NCBI GenBank assembly: GCA_964016885.1
Contig: OZ024742.1
Coordinates: forward strand, 31,434,001-31,498,000
Direction of reading: 5' to 3'
Origin: Eledone cirrhosa
Lineage: Eukaryota
DNA length: 64,000 nucleotides
The notes below the pieces were generated by a model, which did not search any database, was not told the DNA's origin, and saw only the letters and a list, made by a program, of their open reading frames with translations. The position numbers and the translations under genes are program-made. Positions 42,175 to 56,852 of the stretch are shown here, piece by piece. The first letter of the stretch is position 1; every line of letters starts with the position of its first letter.

Positions 42175-42869
42175 ATGTATGTATATATATATATATATGT
42201 AAAAGAAATCAAAGAACGCCTACATACTCATACAATTTTTATTTGCTGACAATATTTCATCCATACCATTGGGCAGGGAACATCAGAGCTTTATAAACAA
42301 AAATACAGTGCTGAGTCTAAGCTCTACCGAGCTTAGTCACATGAACATTAGAAATACAATAGAGGGCAACAAGAAGGAGATCGTGAATGGCGAGTATGGA
42401 GAGTGCATAGTGGGGTTGTTATTCAGCACTACAGCTAAATGCAATGGTACAGGCAGATATTTTCACAAGATGCAGAAGCACGTGAGGGCACCTAAATGCA
42501 AAGAGTATAAACAATAGTTAAAACATATAATAAAAAGTAAAAGGAAAATAATAATATAAAGAGATAAAAAAAAAAAAAAAAAAAAAAGTAAAAACAAAAA
42601 GTTTTAAAGCACACAAAAAACAGGAAGCTATGCGTTGGGCACTATATATAACAGGTGATTTAGCTCTCCATAACTTAAAGTTATAGAAATACTAAAAGGC
42701 TCCCAAGGTATCTTCAGAAAGCCCAAATGGGATTTTATTCGTCCCCATAGTATACATAATCAAGGTATACTAGTAAGTTACGGAATTATGTGGACCATGG
42801 GTGCTAAACCTGTATATAGACAGGTACCACATAAATACAAGCCAAACACAAGCAAAGCGGGGTTAATGC

Positions 42870-42916
<47 letters not shown>

Positions 42917-42917
<1 letters not shown>

Positions 42918-45122
42918 TAGCAGAGGTACCCGGCGTTGCTCGGATATTAAATAGCAGTTGTGTATATCATTTATGTCAATACTTCAGTGCTGCTTCAAAA
43001 ACTATACTTTTACAAAATCATCGGCTTTTTCCAAAAGGGGGTTCCTGCCCCCAGGAGTCCCCTACCCAATATGTGCCAATTCTGAGAGTTCACATTCATC
43101 TATAGGACAAACGTAGCCCATGTGTCAAGTTTTGTAAAAATCGGTTGCGAACTCCAGAAGTTATGACGTTTTGTTGCATTGCACTGCAGTGCTTCAGTCG
43201 ACTCCAAGGAAGTGGTAAAAGTGGTTAAAGGGGTTATCTGCCGGGAGGCCCTATAATCAATATCTGGAAAAATTTGCCCATGACCATCCGGAGTACATAA
43301 GTAACCTATGTCTTAAGTTTGGTGAGAATACTGTAGAAATGCATAAGGTTTATACATACGCGCGTGCGTTCGTGTGTGTGTGTGTGTGTGTGCGTGTGTG
43401 TGTTTGTGTGTATGTGTGTGTTTGTGTGTGTTTGTGTTTGTGTGTGTGGGGTGGGGTATGTATTTGTGTGTGCGTATGTATGTGTGTGTGTGTGTGTGTG
43501 TGTATGTGTGTGTTTGTGTGTGTTTGTGTGTGTTTGTGTTTGTGTGTGTGTGGGGGGGTATGTATTTGTGTGTGCGTATGTATGTGTGTGTGTGTGAGTG
43601 TGTATGTATTTGTGTGTGCGTATGTATGTGTATGTCCGTCGGGGCATACGTATCTACTGGCCTAAATCTTCACTATTTACTTTTACTATTTTAATTTACA
43701 TCATTTTCGTTTACAATTTTATTTACATCATTCTTAAACTCCGGGGCTGGAAATCATTCTGTTATGTTAAATAGAATATTAGTCTAACGACTCCATTTAT
43801 ACCATAAACTTGGTCTTGTCTTTGCATGAAATTGTTCTTCACGATCCACAAAGCGACGCATTATCCTCGCTTTTTTCCCGTTCATTGCCATGGAACGTCT
43901 TCACGAACCAAAATATCGTCTTCCTGTTTTCGTTCGGTTGCAACGTTTCTCGAAATATTTACTTTTGCGTTCACAGATTACTCTCAGTTCAATTTGAATG
44001 GGAAATTCCCGTTTCATCGATTTTCTCCGTAACCATGGAAGCTTGTAGTAGCCAAAAGTTTATTAACAGCGAAATAACGTTGTCTTTGATATGTTATTTT
44101 AAATAAGACAATGATTTGAAAAATACTACTTACTGTTAGTGGTGGTTAACATGTATTAGAAATAAAATGAAAATGATATCTAAAAAAACGTGCTTGAGAA
44201 CATGATTCCCTTCTTCGCAATTTAAGGGTTTTATTTCTTTTGATGGAAAACAGTAACTGTTTTCGGTTTGGCATTTCGTAAAATGGTACTGCAGAATTGA
44301 TTTCATAAAACGGTACTGTATGATAGTTTACACTTTGATTGCCCTGGTCAGCAAGAGGGGCCTCTATATATTAGATATTTATTAGAAGAGGGGGAAATAA
44401 CTAACCCCAGTATTAGAACAGGGCGTTCGCAATGTAAGGGTTTTATTTCTTTTGTTAGAAAACAGTTACCTTTTTCGTTTTGGCATTTCGTAAAATTCTA
44501 CTGCAGAATCGATTTTATAAAACAGTACTGTATGATCGTTATAGAATTATTTAAATTTAATATCGAGCAATTGTATTTTAAAAATGAAAATGAAACGTAC
44601 TGTAGTAGCCAAAAGTTTATTAACAGCGAAATAACGTTGTCTTTGATATGTTATTTTAAATAAGACAATGAATCGAAAAATACTACTTACTGTTAGTGGT
44701 GGTTAACATGTATTAGAAATAAAATGAAAATGATATCTGAAAAAACGTACTTGAGAATATGACTCCCTTCTTCGAATTTTAAGGGTTTTAGATATTTTAA
44801 TGGAAAACAGTGACCGGTTTCGGATTGGTATTTCGTAAAATGGTACTGTATGTTAACAGCGAAAGAATGCTGCGAAAGAACGCAGCGAAATAAATTGATG
44901 AGTTAGTATTAGAACAGGGGGAAATAACTCACCGAACGCGATAGTTTTGTGGCCCCAGGGACCACATTTTTCAAGTTAGAGATTTGAAACCTAGTCTATT
45001 TGCTTCCTTGGCAGTTTTTACATAGGTGTGTAAATTTCCATGTCAGTCCGACCACGTCTACAACCATTTAACCGTGCACATCTGAATTCCAACCACCACC
45101 CATTTCACAAATATATATTAGA
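42917..45122 (-). mobile_element. Non-autonomous Helitron with an internal duplication of about 560 bp period
   Basis: Minus strand begins A|TCTAATATATAT and ends ccgagcaacgccgggtacctctgCTAG|T; 44045-44325 is repeated at 44602-44850. Confidence 0.7.
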
Positions 45123-45257
45123 TATATTGTTATGTTGCCAATAAGAAAGCATAACAATATCGGTTTCAACACACGTTTTCAGATAAAGAATCTTGCTAAA
45201 CAAATTCAGAAACGAAATATATACATATATATATATATATGTATATATCATATATAT

Positions 45258-46527
45258 ATAAACGGAAAAAATGAAACGAAATTTCATTTCCCACTCTTAG
45301 TACGGCTGTTACTTAAATATAAGTATGTACACGTACATACACATATGTATACAGACGTACAGTAGTATGTATATATATATACATACATGCACACATATAA
45401 ATATGTACGTATGGATTCACCGAACATTTATTATAATGCTCGGTGTGTTTGTAAACAAACATCCCGTATTAAGCCGTAGTGTCCAGCAACCATCGTTGCT
45501 CGTTTGCTCAACACTGACAAAGGAACGCTGTACTAGTTTCAAGCTTATTAGGTATCGTCAGCAACGTATACCTTCTTGCCAGATTGTTGAACGTATATAC
45601 TTACCTTATGCATATTAACAGCTGAGAAGCCCAATTTGCATATCGAGTGGATTAATCGGCCGGGTGCACCGAAAACGATAAACGGAAAAAAATGAAACGA
45701 AATTTCATTTCCCACTCATAGTACGGCTGTTACTTAAATATAAGTATGTACACGTACATACATATAAGTATACAGACGTACAGTAGTATGTATATATATA
45801 TACATACATGCACACATATATATATGTACGTATGGATTCACCGAACATTTATTATAATGCTCAGTGTGTTTGTAAACAAAAATCCCGTATTAAGCCGTAG
45901 TGTCCCGTATTAAGCCGTAGTGTCCAGTGTTGCTGGACACTACGGCTTAATACGGGATGTTTGTTTACAAACACACCGAGCATTATAATAAATGTTCGGT
46001 GAATCCATACGTACATATATATATGTGTGCATGTATGTATATATATATACATACTACTGTACGTCTGTATACATATGTGTATGTACGTGTACATACTTAT
46101 ATTTAAGTAACAGCCGTACTAAGAGTGGGAAATGAAATTTCGTTTCATTTTTTCCGTTTATCGTTTTCGGTGCACTCGGCCGATTAACCCACTCGATATG
46201 CAAATTGGGCTTCTCAGCTGTTAATATGCATAAGGTAAGTATATACGTTCAACAATCTGGCAGGAAGGTATACGTTGCTGACGATAGCTAATAAGCTTGA
46301 AACTAGTACAGCGTTCCTTTGTCAGTGTTGAACAAACGAGCAACGATGGTTGCTGGACACTACGGCTTAATACGGGATGTTTGTTTACAAACACACCGAG
46401 CATTATAATAAATGTTCAGTGAATCCATACGTACATATATAATATATGTGTGCATGAATGTATATATATATATATATACATACTACTGTACGTCTGTATA
46501 CATATGTGTATGTACGTGTACATACTT

Positions 46528-46530
<3 letters not shown>
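45258..46530. mobile_element. Family Z HHR element: fold-back of about 1.6 and 1.4 copies of a 420-bp monomer
   Basis: Period 420 and 419; inversion centre near 45929; HHRs at 45525-45567 (minus) and 46272-46314 (plus). Confidence 0.85.
46272..46314 (+). ncRNA. Minimal type I HHR
   Basis: acgttg CTGACGA t-agct-aata-agct-t GAAA ctag TA cagcgt; ACTAGT palindrome and GUA triplet. Confidence 0.8.
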
Positions 46531-46623
<93 letters not shown>

Positions 46624-46824
46624 AAACATATACTAGAAAACAATAGCACAGTGTAAGGCTGTTCTTTACTTTGTTTTTTTCTTCTTTATATGTTGGTCAA
46701 ATGGTTTACACTTAACTTCTAGAGTGACAATTTCCCAGTTTCCTTGTTCTGAACTGTTATAAAAGATATCTATGTAATAAACACCAACCTTCACACACAT
46801 ACACACGTACAGAAACACATGCAT

Positions 46825-46896
<72 letters not shown>

Positions 46897-47941
46897 GTAT
46901 AAAAGGATCGATCGATTTTCGTCAAATCGGACCGAGGAAACAATGTTTTTCATCAGTCTTTCCAGTTGCTAATACTATCTATCGGTCGCAACTCCAGGTA
47001 GAAGGAGCAACGTGAAATATCATATTGGTTTCTTATATGGGCACAAGGCCAGCAATTTTGGGGGAGGGGAAAGTCGATTAAATCGACCCCAGTGTGTGAC
47101 TGGTACTTTATTTTATCGACCCCGTAAGGATGAAAGGCAAAGTTAACCTCGGCGAGATTTGAACTCAGATCATAAAGGGCCGTAACTCTATGTTGCAAAG
47201 TATCTTGCGTATACTGCCAATCCACTCATTTGGCTCATTTGGCCGGTGTTTATCCTGGTTTCCTGCCGTGTACTATTGCTGGTACTCATTTTCAGCTGTG
47301 TATACTGGGGCAACGTTAAATGAAGTGTTTTACTCAAGAACACAACACGCACCCCAGAAATCGAACCTACAACATTATGATCGTAAGCCCAACTCCCTTA
47401 CCACTAGGCCATGTGCCTCCACGTGATATATATCATCATCATCATCATCACCGTTTTACGTCCGTTCTTCCACGCTAGCATGGGTTAGACGGGTTGTCCT
47501 GTTGTGGGCAGAGTCAGGTCGGCTGACCTTGTCTTGCTCATACGGGAACTGATTCTGACTTGATTTCTACAGCTGGATGCCCTTCCTAACACCAACCTCA
47601 TTTACAGTGAGTGCTGGGTGCTTTTTTCCGTGGCGCCTACACGTCCACTTTAAAGTGTGGGCTGGGTGCTTTTTTGCCTTTACGACCACTTTGCAGTGGA
47701 ATGATAGGGACCCCAGTCTTATCATCTCATTTCTACAGCTGATTAAATTGGAGCAATGTGAAATAAAATGTCTTGCTCAAGGAAACAACACATCACCCAG
47801 TCCGAGAATTGAACTCACAACCTTTCAATTGCAGGGCCAATGCTCTAACCACTAAGCCATGCGCCTATATATATATATATATATACACATATATGTATGA
47901 GTGTGTGTGTGCATCTATGTGTGAATGCACGTAGGTATCTA

Positions 47942-48029
<88 letters not shown>

Positions 48030-48369
48030 CACATATAGATATACAGCCATACATATATGTATGGCTGTATATCTATATATGTATATATACACGCACATTA
48101 TCTACATCTGTTATAACCTAACTACAGAGAAATGTTACTACTGTATCAACACTACACCCCCACCACCACCCGCAGCAGCAAAACAAACAACAGCAGCAAC
48201 AACAACAACAACAACAGTAACTGGTGTACCCGAGGAGGGGTGGGGGAGACGTATGCAATGAAATTCCGTCATGCAGTTCTGAAATACGACGCTATAATAC
48301 ATTTAACATGGCGTCACTTCATTGAACAACAGCTACGTGAGATATATCTCTGTTGCTTTACCTACTGAC

Positions 48370-49030
48370 TGGCCGGTTACCTGGCTGGCTGGTTGATTAC
48401 CTGGCTTGTTACCTGGCTGGTTACCTGGCTGGTTACCTGGCTGGCTGGTTGATTACCTGGCTTGTTACCTGGCTGGTTACCTGGCTGGTTACCTGGCTGG
48501 CTGGTTGATTACCTGGCTTGTTACCTGGCTGGTTACCTGGCTGGCTGGTTGATTACCTGGTCGGTTACCTGGCTGGCTGGTTGATTACCTGGTCGGTTAC
48601 CTGGTCGGTTTCCTGGCTGGTTACCTGGCTGGCTGGTTGATTACCTGGTCGGTTACCTGGTCGGTTTCCTGGCTGGTTACCTGGCTGGCTGGTTGATTAC
48701 CTGGTCGGTTACCTGGTCGGTTTCCTGGCTGGTTACCTGGCTGGCTGGTTGATTACCTGGTCGGTTACCTGGTCGGTTTCCTGGCTGGTTACCTGGCTGG
48801 CTGGTTGATTACCTGGTCGGTTACCTGGTCGGTTTCCTGGCTGGTTACCTGGCTGGCTGGTTGATTACCTGGTCGGTTACCTGGTCGGTTTCCTGGCTGG
48901 TTACCTGGCTGGCTGGTTGATTACCTGGCTTGTTACCTGGCTGGTTACCTGGCTGATAACCTGTCTGATTACCTGGCTGGCTGGTTGATTGCCTGGCTGG
49001 TTACCTGGTTAGTTACCTGGCTGGTTAATT
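48370..49030. repeat. Minisatellite of 12-bp ggttacctggct units with a 56-bp higher-order repeat
   Basis: The tttcc variant recurs every 56 bp (48609, 48665, 48721 and onward). Confidence 0.9.
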
Positions 49031-49231
49031 GGCTGGCTGGCAGGTTGGTTGGTTGGCTGGGTAGTGGTTGGGTGGTTAGTTGGGTGGTTGGTTGGTTTAG
49101 GTGGTCGGCTGATTATTTTCTTATCATAAGTTTCAGAGCCAAATGTGACAGTTTCGTGTTATACGGAATATATATATAAATATATATAAGTAGAAGGGAT
49201 ATTTAATTTGATATTTAATTTAATATCATTG

Positions 49232-49274
<43 letters not shown>

Positions 49275-49276
49275 CG

Positions 49277-49709
49277 CCCTGTCTGCCGAAAATTTAAGTA
49301 AGGGACAATGTCGCTACTTTAAAACATAGCGTATGGTCTTCAAAATGCTTTTAATTAAGCATACAGTGTATTGCAAAATACACTGTGCATACATTCATAT
49401 ATATATCGCTATTTCAGAGCAGCAATTCTAATTTTCAATTTCTGCTGGGCCGGCGACCGCTCTGTAAAATCAGTTCCTGATTGTTACTGGAATTCTATAA
49501 GAATCCAACACACATAATTTTTGGCAGACGGGGAGAGTAGTGAGTTTTGATAAGTACCAAACAGTACGAAACAACGCTGTCAACTTATCTCCCCCTGTCT
49601 GCCAAAAATTTAAATAAGCGACAATGTCGCTACTTTAAAACATAGCGCATGGTCTTCAAAATGCTTTTAATTAAGCATACAGTGTATTGCAAAATACACT
49701 ATATATACA

Positions 49710-49715
<6 letters not shown>
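49277..49715. mobile_element. Hairpin-rich partial tandem (316-bp period) within (TA)n
   Basis: 49277-49400 is repeated at 49593-49715. Confidence 0.6.
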
Positions 49716-49783
<68 letters not shown>

Positions 49784-49784
49784 C

Positions 49785-49811
<27 letters not shown>

Positions 49812-49816
<5 letters not shown>

Positions 49817-50040
49817 AAAAGGTAAACAGAAATAACAACACAATCGGTACAGTATATGGAAGGGATATATTAGGTTAACGCTTGATATAGCAGGAGGAGG
49901 GTCTTAACGTTTCGGACGCTAGTCTTTTATCAGAAGAAAGAATGAGAAAAAAGATAGATTGAGGAGACGGGCGGGTTAGAATTGGAAAAAATGTCTTTAG
50001 ATAAAAATAACAGGTCCATTCATGTTGACATCTCTTGCAA
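49812..50040 (-). mobile_element. Penelope-type terminal-repeat fragment with a degenerate HHR (49902-49937); paralogue at 53097-53555
   Basis: Two-copy consensus tctt CTGATGA a ggac-tagc-gtcc GAAA cg TT aaga. Confidence 0.6.
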
Positions 50041-50082
50041 AACTGTTGGTGCTGGCGTTTTGTGTATGATTTGTTTTTTAGA

Positions 50083-50153
<71 letters not shown>

Positions 50154-50178
50154 TGTGTGTAAGTGTATGTGTGTGTGT

Positions 50179-50210
<32 letters not shown>

Positions 50211-50498
50211 ATTTGTGTGTGTGTGTGTGTGTGTGGGTGAGTGTGTGTGTGTGTGGGTGAGTGTGTGTGTGTGTAACAAAGAAGGTGTGGTAAGAAACCA
50301 GGTGAACCATAACGCACCAGAGTACTTAGGGTAGTAGAGTGTGTAATAGGAAAAGAGTCAGGACCCCGACGGCTGAGCTCCGGCCGTTTCGACAGCTAGA
50401 TCTGAACAGTTCGGATCTAGCTGTCGAAACTCAGCCGTCGGAGCTCAGCCGTTGGAGCTCAGCCGTCGGAGCTCAGCCGTCGGGGTCATGACTCTTTT

Positions 50499-50670
<172 letters not shown>

Positions 50671-51306
50671 CGGAGAAAGCTAATAGCGATACTCCGACCA
50701 AATTCCAACTCACTCAACAAACATTAGGAAATACCTGAGTATATTCCTAATTAAACGTTCGGGATGCTAACTAATTGTATTGTGTGGAAAATTGGCTGTA
50801 TCATTTCATATGAGATATATCAAATATATCACTTCCCAGACGACTCGTTTCATTATAAGATTTCTACAAGTTGGTTGAAATTATACCAAATTATGTAGAA
50901 GCCTGTATAAGATCAACAGATACTTATTCAAGTGGGCTCTTATAATTCTTCAGTGGGTGCCCAATAATATTAATATTGATAACCAAATCAACATCAATAT
51001 TTAGCGATAATCACCATCAGTGCTTGAGGGAGCTGCTAGGTTGTTAGTCCAGCAGTTCTAAAGAAAATCTCACACTGTCTCGAAAATAGGAGGAAGGAAA
51101 CTACCGCCAAAAAACAATACATGCGCAGGTCAATGAACTCTGAAAAGAATTCAAGCCACGTGCTAGAACTCAATTGGATATGAAAAAATAACCATATGTG
51201 CGCATCGCTTGATGACACATATAGATATTTTCTCGGGCAAAATAACAGAATGAGATACAAGAACAAACAATCAATATTCATATAAAAAATAAACAAAGAG
51301 AGTCAC

Positions 51307-51384
<78 letters not shown>

Positions 51385-51573
51385 ATTTAATTTGTTGGGA
51401 TACAACAAGCAAAATATTTTTATAACTGATATAAAGCACTCAACAAATTATTGGAGTAAATATACAATATATGAACAAATGGAAACTATATTTATTATCC
51501 AGGAGATTCTAACCAGAATGGTTGCATTTTTTCAGGGTATGTCAATATTTATTTATAAAACTAACCTATATTA

Positions 51574-51639
51574 TATTTTATCTGATGAAAGCGCACCATA
51601 GTTTGCTCTGGTGGCCCTTGAAATATGTATAATGAAATA
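51574..51639 (+). ncRNA. Minimal type I HHR, family W
   Basis: tattttat CTGATGA aagcgcacca...tggtggccctt GAAA tatgta TA atgaaata. Confidence 0.78.
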
Positions 51640-51673
51640 AATATGGTTTTATAAATATAGTTTCCATTTGTTA

Positions 51674-51759
<86 letters not shown>

Positions 51760-52835
51760 TCTATATATATACACACACATATATATAAAACTACGAAGTA
51801 AACTGCATATGTATATGCAGACGTAGAACAATCTGTATGGTTATGTATATATATGTATATGAAATAAACTATATTGATGTCTGATGGCTGATGGTTAATA
51901 TTTAATGTTTGATGGTTAATGTTTAATGTCTGGTGGTTAATGTTTGATATTTGATGGTTAATGTTTGATGTTTGATGGTTAATTTTTAATGTCTGACGGT
52001 TAATGTTTGATGTTTGATGGTGAATGTTTAATGTCTGATGGTTAATGTTTGATGTTTGGTGGTTGTTATATAACAACGGAAATAGAAATGATAACAAGAA
52101 CAAAGTGAAAATAAACTCTTCCTTCTTCTCTTCTTCCTCCTCCTCCTCATCCTCCTCCTCCTTTTCATCATCTTCATCATCAACAACAACAACCACAGCA
52201 ACAACCACAAAAATAACGACAATAACAACAACCACAACGACAACAGTAAGAAGAACGCAGTAACATCAACAAAAACAAGAACAACAAAACATCAACAACA
52301 ACACTAAGAACAACAACAACATCAGCTACAACAACAACAACACCCACAACGATAACAACAACAACAACAACCACAACAACCACAACAACAACCACAACAA
52401 CAACACCCACAACGGTAACAACAACAACAACCACAACAACCACCACAACAACAACCACCACAACAACAACAACGACCAGAACAATAACAGCAACAACCAC
52501 AACAGTAACAACAACGATAACATCAACAACAATTACATCAACAGCAATGAAGAAGAATGCAGCAACAACAAAAGCTAAAACAACAGCAAAACCAACAGCA
52601 ATAACGATAAGATAATCAACAGCAAGAAGAAGAAGAAGAAGAAGAAGAAGAAGAAGAAGAAGAACAACAACAACAACACCACCACCACCAACAACAACAA
52701 CAGTACATTCTTTCGCTCTTGTTGATATTCAATTAGAATTTCAGAAAGATGTGAGAGAGGAGAAGAGATAGAGTTTGGTGTTTAAATCATCTGGGGAATT
52801 TCACAGAACATAGAAAACTATGATTGGTGAATAAC

Positions 52836-52931
<96 letters not shown>

Positions 52932-53139
52932 TATATAATTTAGGATGGTATTCCGAAGGGGATCGGAAAAAAAAATACCAGAGTTAAAAAAAGGTACCCA
53001 ATACGTTAGAAGAGTATAGTCATTTTATATAGAAATAACTTCTACAGGACTAGAACTGTTTCATTCGTGCGATGTCGTATATATATATATATATGTGTGT
53101 AAAAGGTAAACAGAAATAAAAAGACAAACGGTACAGTAT

Positions 53140-53363
53140 TTTTTTTTGGGGTCGATCGACTTTCGTCAAATCGGACCGAGGAAACAATGTTTCCATTGGC
53201 CTTTCCAATTGCTAATAATATCTATCGGTCGCAACACCAGGTAGAAAGAGCAACGTGAAATAAAATGTCTTGCTCAAGGACATAACGCAACGCCCTGTTC
53301 AGGAATCGAACTCATAACCTCGCAATTGTGAATCCAGTTCTCTAACCACTCAGCCATACGTGT
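53140..53363 (-). mobile_element. Family 2 SINE with poly(A) tail and 10-bp TSD
   Basis: ggtacagtat at 53130-53139 and 53364-53373; the empty site is visible at about 49846-49855. Confidence 0.85.
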
Positions 53364-54049
53364 GGTACAGTATATGGAAGGGATATATTAGGTTAACGCT
53401 TGATATAGCAGGAAGAGGGTCTTAACGTTTCAGACGCCAGTCCTTCACCAGAAGAAAAATGAGAAATAAGATAGATTGAGAGGGCGGGCGGGTTGGAATT
53501 GGAAAAAAAGTCTTTAGATAAAAAATAACAGGTCCATTGATGTTGACATCTCTTGAAAATATATATATAACAGATAGGGAACATATATATATATATATAT
53601 ATATTACTCTATTACTCTCGCGCTCTCTCTCGCTCTCCCGCTCTCGATATATATATATAAAGAGAGGGAGCGAGAGAGGGGAGAGAGAGATTATATTATT
53701 ATTTACTTATTTATGTTCATACACAGAACAAAAGCGCTACCTAAGGTTTCAATGCTTAATATTGAGCACACTTCCAGAATGTAAGAGAGATCAACATTGT
53801 GACCTAATCTGCAAGCGCTAATAGGAGTTTATATGTAGATATCATACAGAAGTTTATTTGTCACTGATATACAGATAATCTCAGTGTAAAGATAGCTGAA
53901 ATTATCTACTCAGATTTTCAGTTATCAAAGTTAGTGTGGGGTAGATTCCTAGTAAACCAACCTAAAATAAGAGCACTTCATCATTAATGAGGCGTTGTTA
54001 TTTTAGGTTACTTTACTGGGAATCTATCCATCGCTAACTATTTAAAAGT

Positions 54050-54098
<49 letters not shown>

Positions 54099-54154
54099 TA
54101 TAGTTTCCATTTATTTAATATCATTGTATATATATATATATATATATATAATCA

Positions 54155-54290
<136 letters not shown>

Positions 54291-54889
54291 CCCTACACAC
54301 TGGCAGCTCTGGCTTTCCAGTGTTGATACATTCTTGGAAATGTGACATAAAATGAAACGACGTAACTGGAAACCACTTTTACGATAGGTTCAATGCTAGA
54401 AATAGCAATTATATCCCTACGGTATAGTTTATATTCTTAGTCACAAAAACATCAGCAAATTTCTACATAAGAACTGAAAACCTCTCATATAAAACAATGA
54501 AATATAAACTAACCAGTATAAATATAAAACTGAAATATGTGTGTGTACTCTACATATATTTAAGATAAACTAACCAATATTAATATAAAACAATGAAATA
54601 TTGTGTGTATTCTACATATATTTGTTTAAGAAAGACTAATATAACCAAGTGAAGGTGTTTGACTTTGAGATTAGAGAGTTGGATTCACAATCATGAGATT
54701 GCGAGTTCGATTCCCGGACACTTTATTTCCCGTAGCCCTTTCTGCAAGGAGTTGCGACCAGTAGATAGTATCAGTTATGGAAAGTTCAATTGGTTAGAAT
54801 TTACGAGTCGCACCCCACTAGGTAAGCGAACGACATTTGGGATATACATAACCATTGAGTTAATTATAAAAAATAAAAAAACCATTTCC

Positions 54890-55560
54890 GAGGTTTACTT
54901 TCGAATATTTTTCATCTGTTTGTGTAATTCCTTGTAACAGTTGTACCTACTTGTTATTAACCTGTTTACTTTTGAACTTCTCTCTCTCCCCCAGGTTCTG
55001 TTTCGGGAGGAAAATGGCCATAGTTTATGTAAAACCTGGAAGCTCTAAGACAAATCTTTAGTTATTACAATTCATGGTGGTTTCCCCACTCTCACCAACT
55101 TCATCACCATCACTACGGTGTTGTTTCATCTCTCCTCTTTCTCACCATCTTTATCATCGTCGTTATAATGTTGTTTCACCTCCATGGGGTCCTCATTAAA
55201 TATATCTTCACCATGTGATTCAACTAACTCCCCTACATCATCATCATTTATTTCATTAAATACAACTTACCCTACCAGTCTAACAGTCTCATTAATATCT
55301 TTTATTGGCTCCTCAAAACCCAGGAAGTCTGCAATACTGTCTGGGTAGATTGTATTGCAGACATACCCCAGTAAAACTCTCAATATAATTCATGATATCG
55401 TATCCACACCAAAATACTTTTATAATAGGCTTACGTTTCCCATCTAAGAACTTAAAGAATTGTTTGAAGGTGCACTGAAAAACAGAATTTAAATGTAGCA
55501 TTAACTCCCTAGTCCAAAGGTTGAAATAAACTGGTTGTCTTTGAAGGTTCTGGTACATTA
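54890..55560 (-). pseudogene. Second decayed pogo/Tigger transposase fragment
   Basis: Near-identical to 23180-23718; upstream reads TSLFQPLD*GVNATFK (QPLDQG motif). Confidence 0.72.
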
Positions 55561-56175
55561 GGCATGTCGTTAGAATGTCTCAGGAAAGAATCGTTGGACA
55601 GATATTACGGGCAAAGCCAACAGGTAGGAGACCTAGAGGTAGACCTCGAGCAAGATTGTTGGATAACATCCATGAGCTTGGTTGGTCACGTTTTGGGATC
55701 CAGCCGGATCAGTTGGAGACGGTTGCTTGCGACAGGACCCGCTGAAGGGAATGTTTGAGGACTCTTCCCCCACGATTCTCTCAGGAATAGGTGGGTGAAG
55801 AAGAAGTGTTTGGAGGCAGAAAAGTTGCTTTCACATTACTTCTTTGCAAGGCTGGATTTCGAACATGGCGGATAGAATAGAAAAGGCAGATTATATCTTA
55901 GTTGACGATACCTAAATTATAGATTAGTGAATAGCATAATTATTCATATTTTTTGTTGTTTATTGATTTCTATTGATTAGTTTCTATTTTAATGACCTGA
56001 AAAAGGTAAAAGGTTATAATACGAAAAAAAGTGTAGGAAAAACGAAGAAATTAAAAAAAAATTCAATGTTAGAGAACATTTCACGATTTCTATATTTTTA
56101 CAGTATTTACTATAAACATATATATACCCCCCAGTGTCAAAGTGACGGCGTAAAATGAGGACTGCCTACACTCAC

Positions 56176-56221
<46 letters not shown>

Positions 56222-56245
56222 GTGTGTGTGTGTGTATAGAATGTT

Positions 56246-56352
<107 letters not shown>

Positions 56353-56700
56353 ATATGTATGGATCGATGTATATATGTGTATGTATGTATGTACGTATGT
56401 ATGTATATGTATGTATGCATATATATATGTAAGTATGTATGTATATATGTATGTATATATGTATATATGTATGTATATATGTATGTATATATGTATATAT
56501 AGAGGAGTCGGTATATAGGCTGAATAATTATTAGTATAAACTTGACGACCTTGATTTTCCATGTCAGTGAGTTGTAGCCGTCAGTTCAACTGTGTTGTAT
56601 ATCTGGACAAGGAAGTTCATTTAACACACTCAACGTCTCATTCTGCCACTAAGTAATTTACAATATTTCGAATATGGCTTCTGAAAACATTCCTACACGT

Positions 56701-56852
<152 letters not shown>

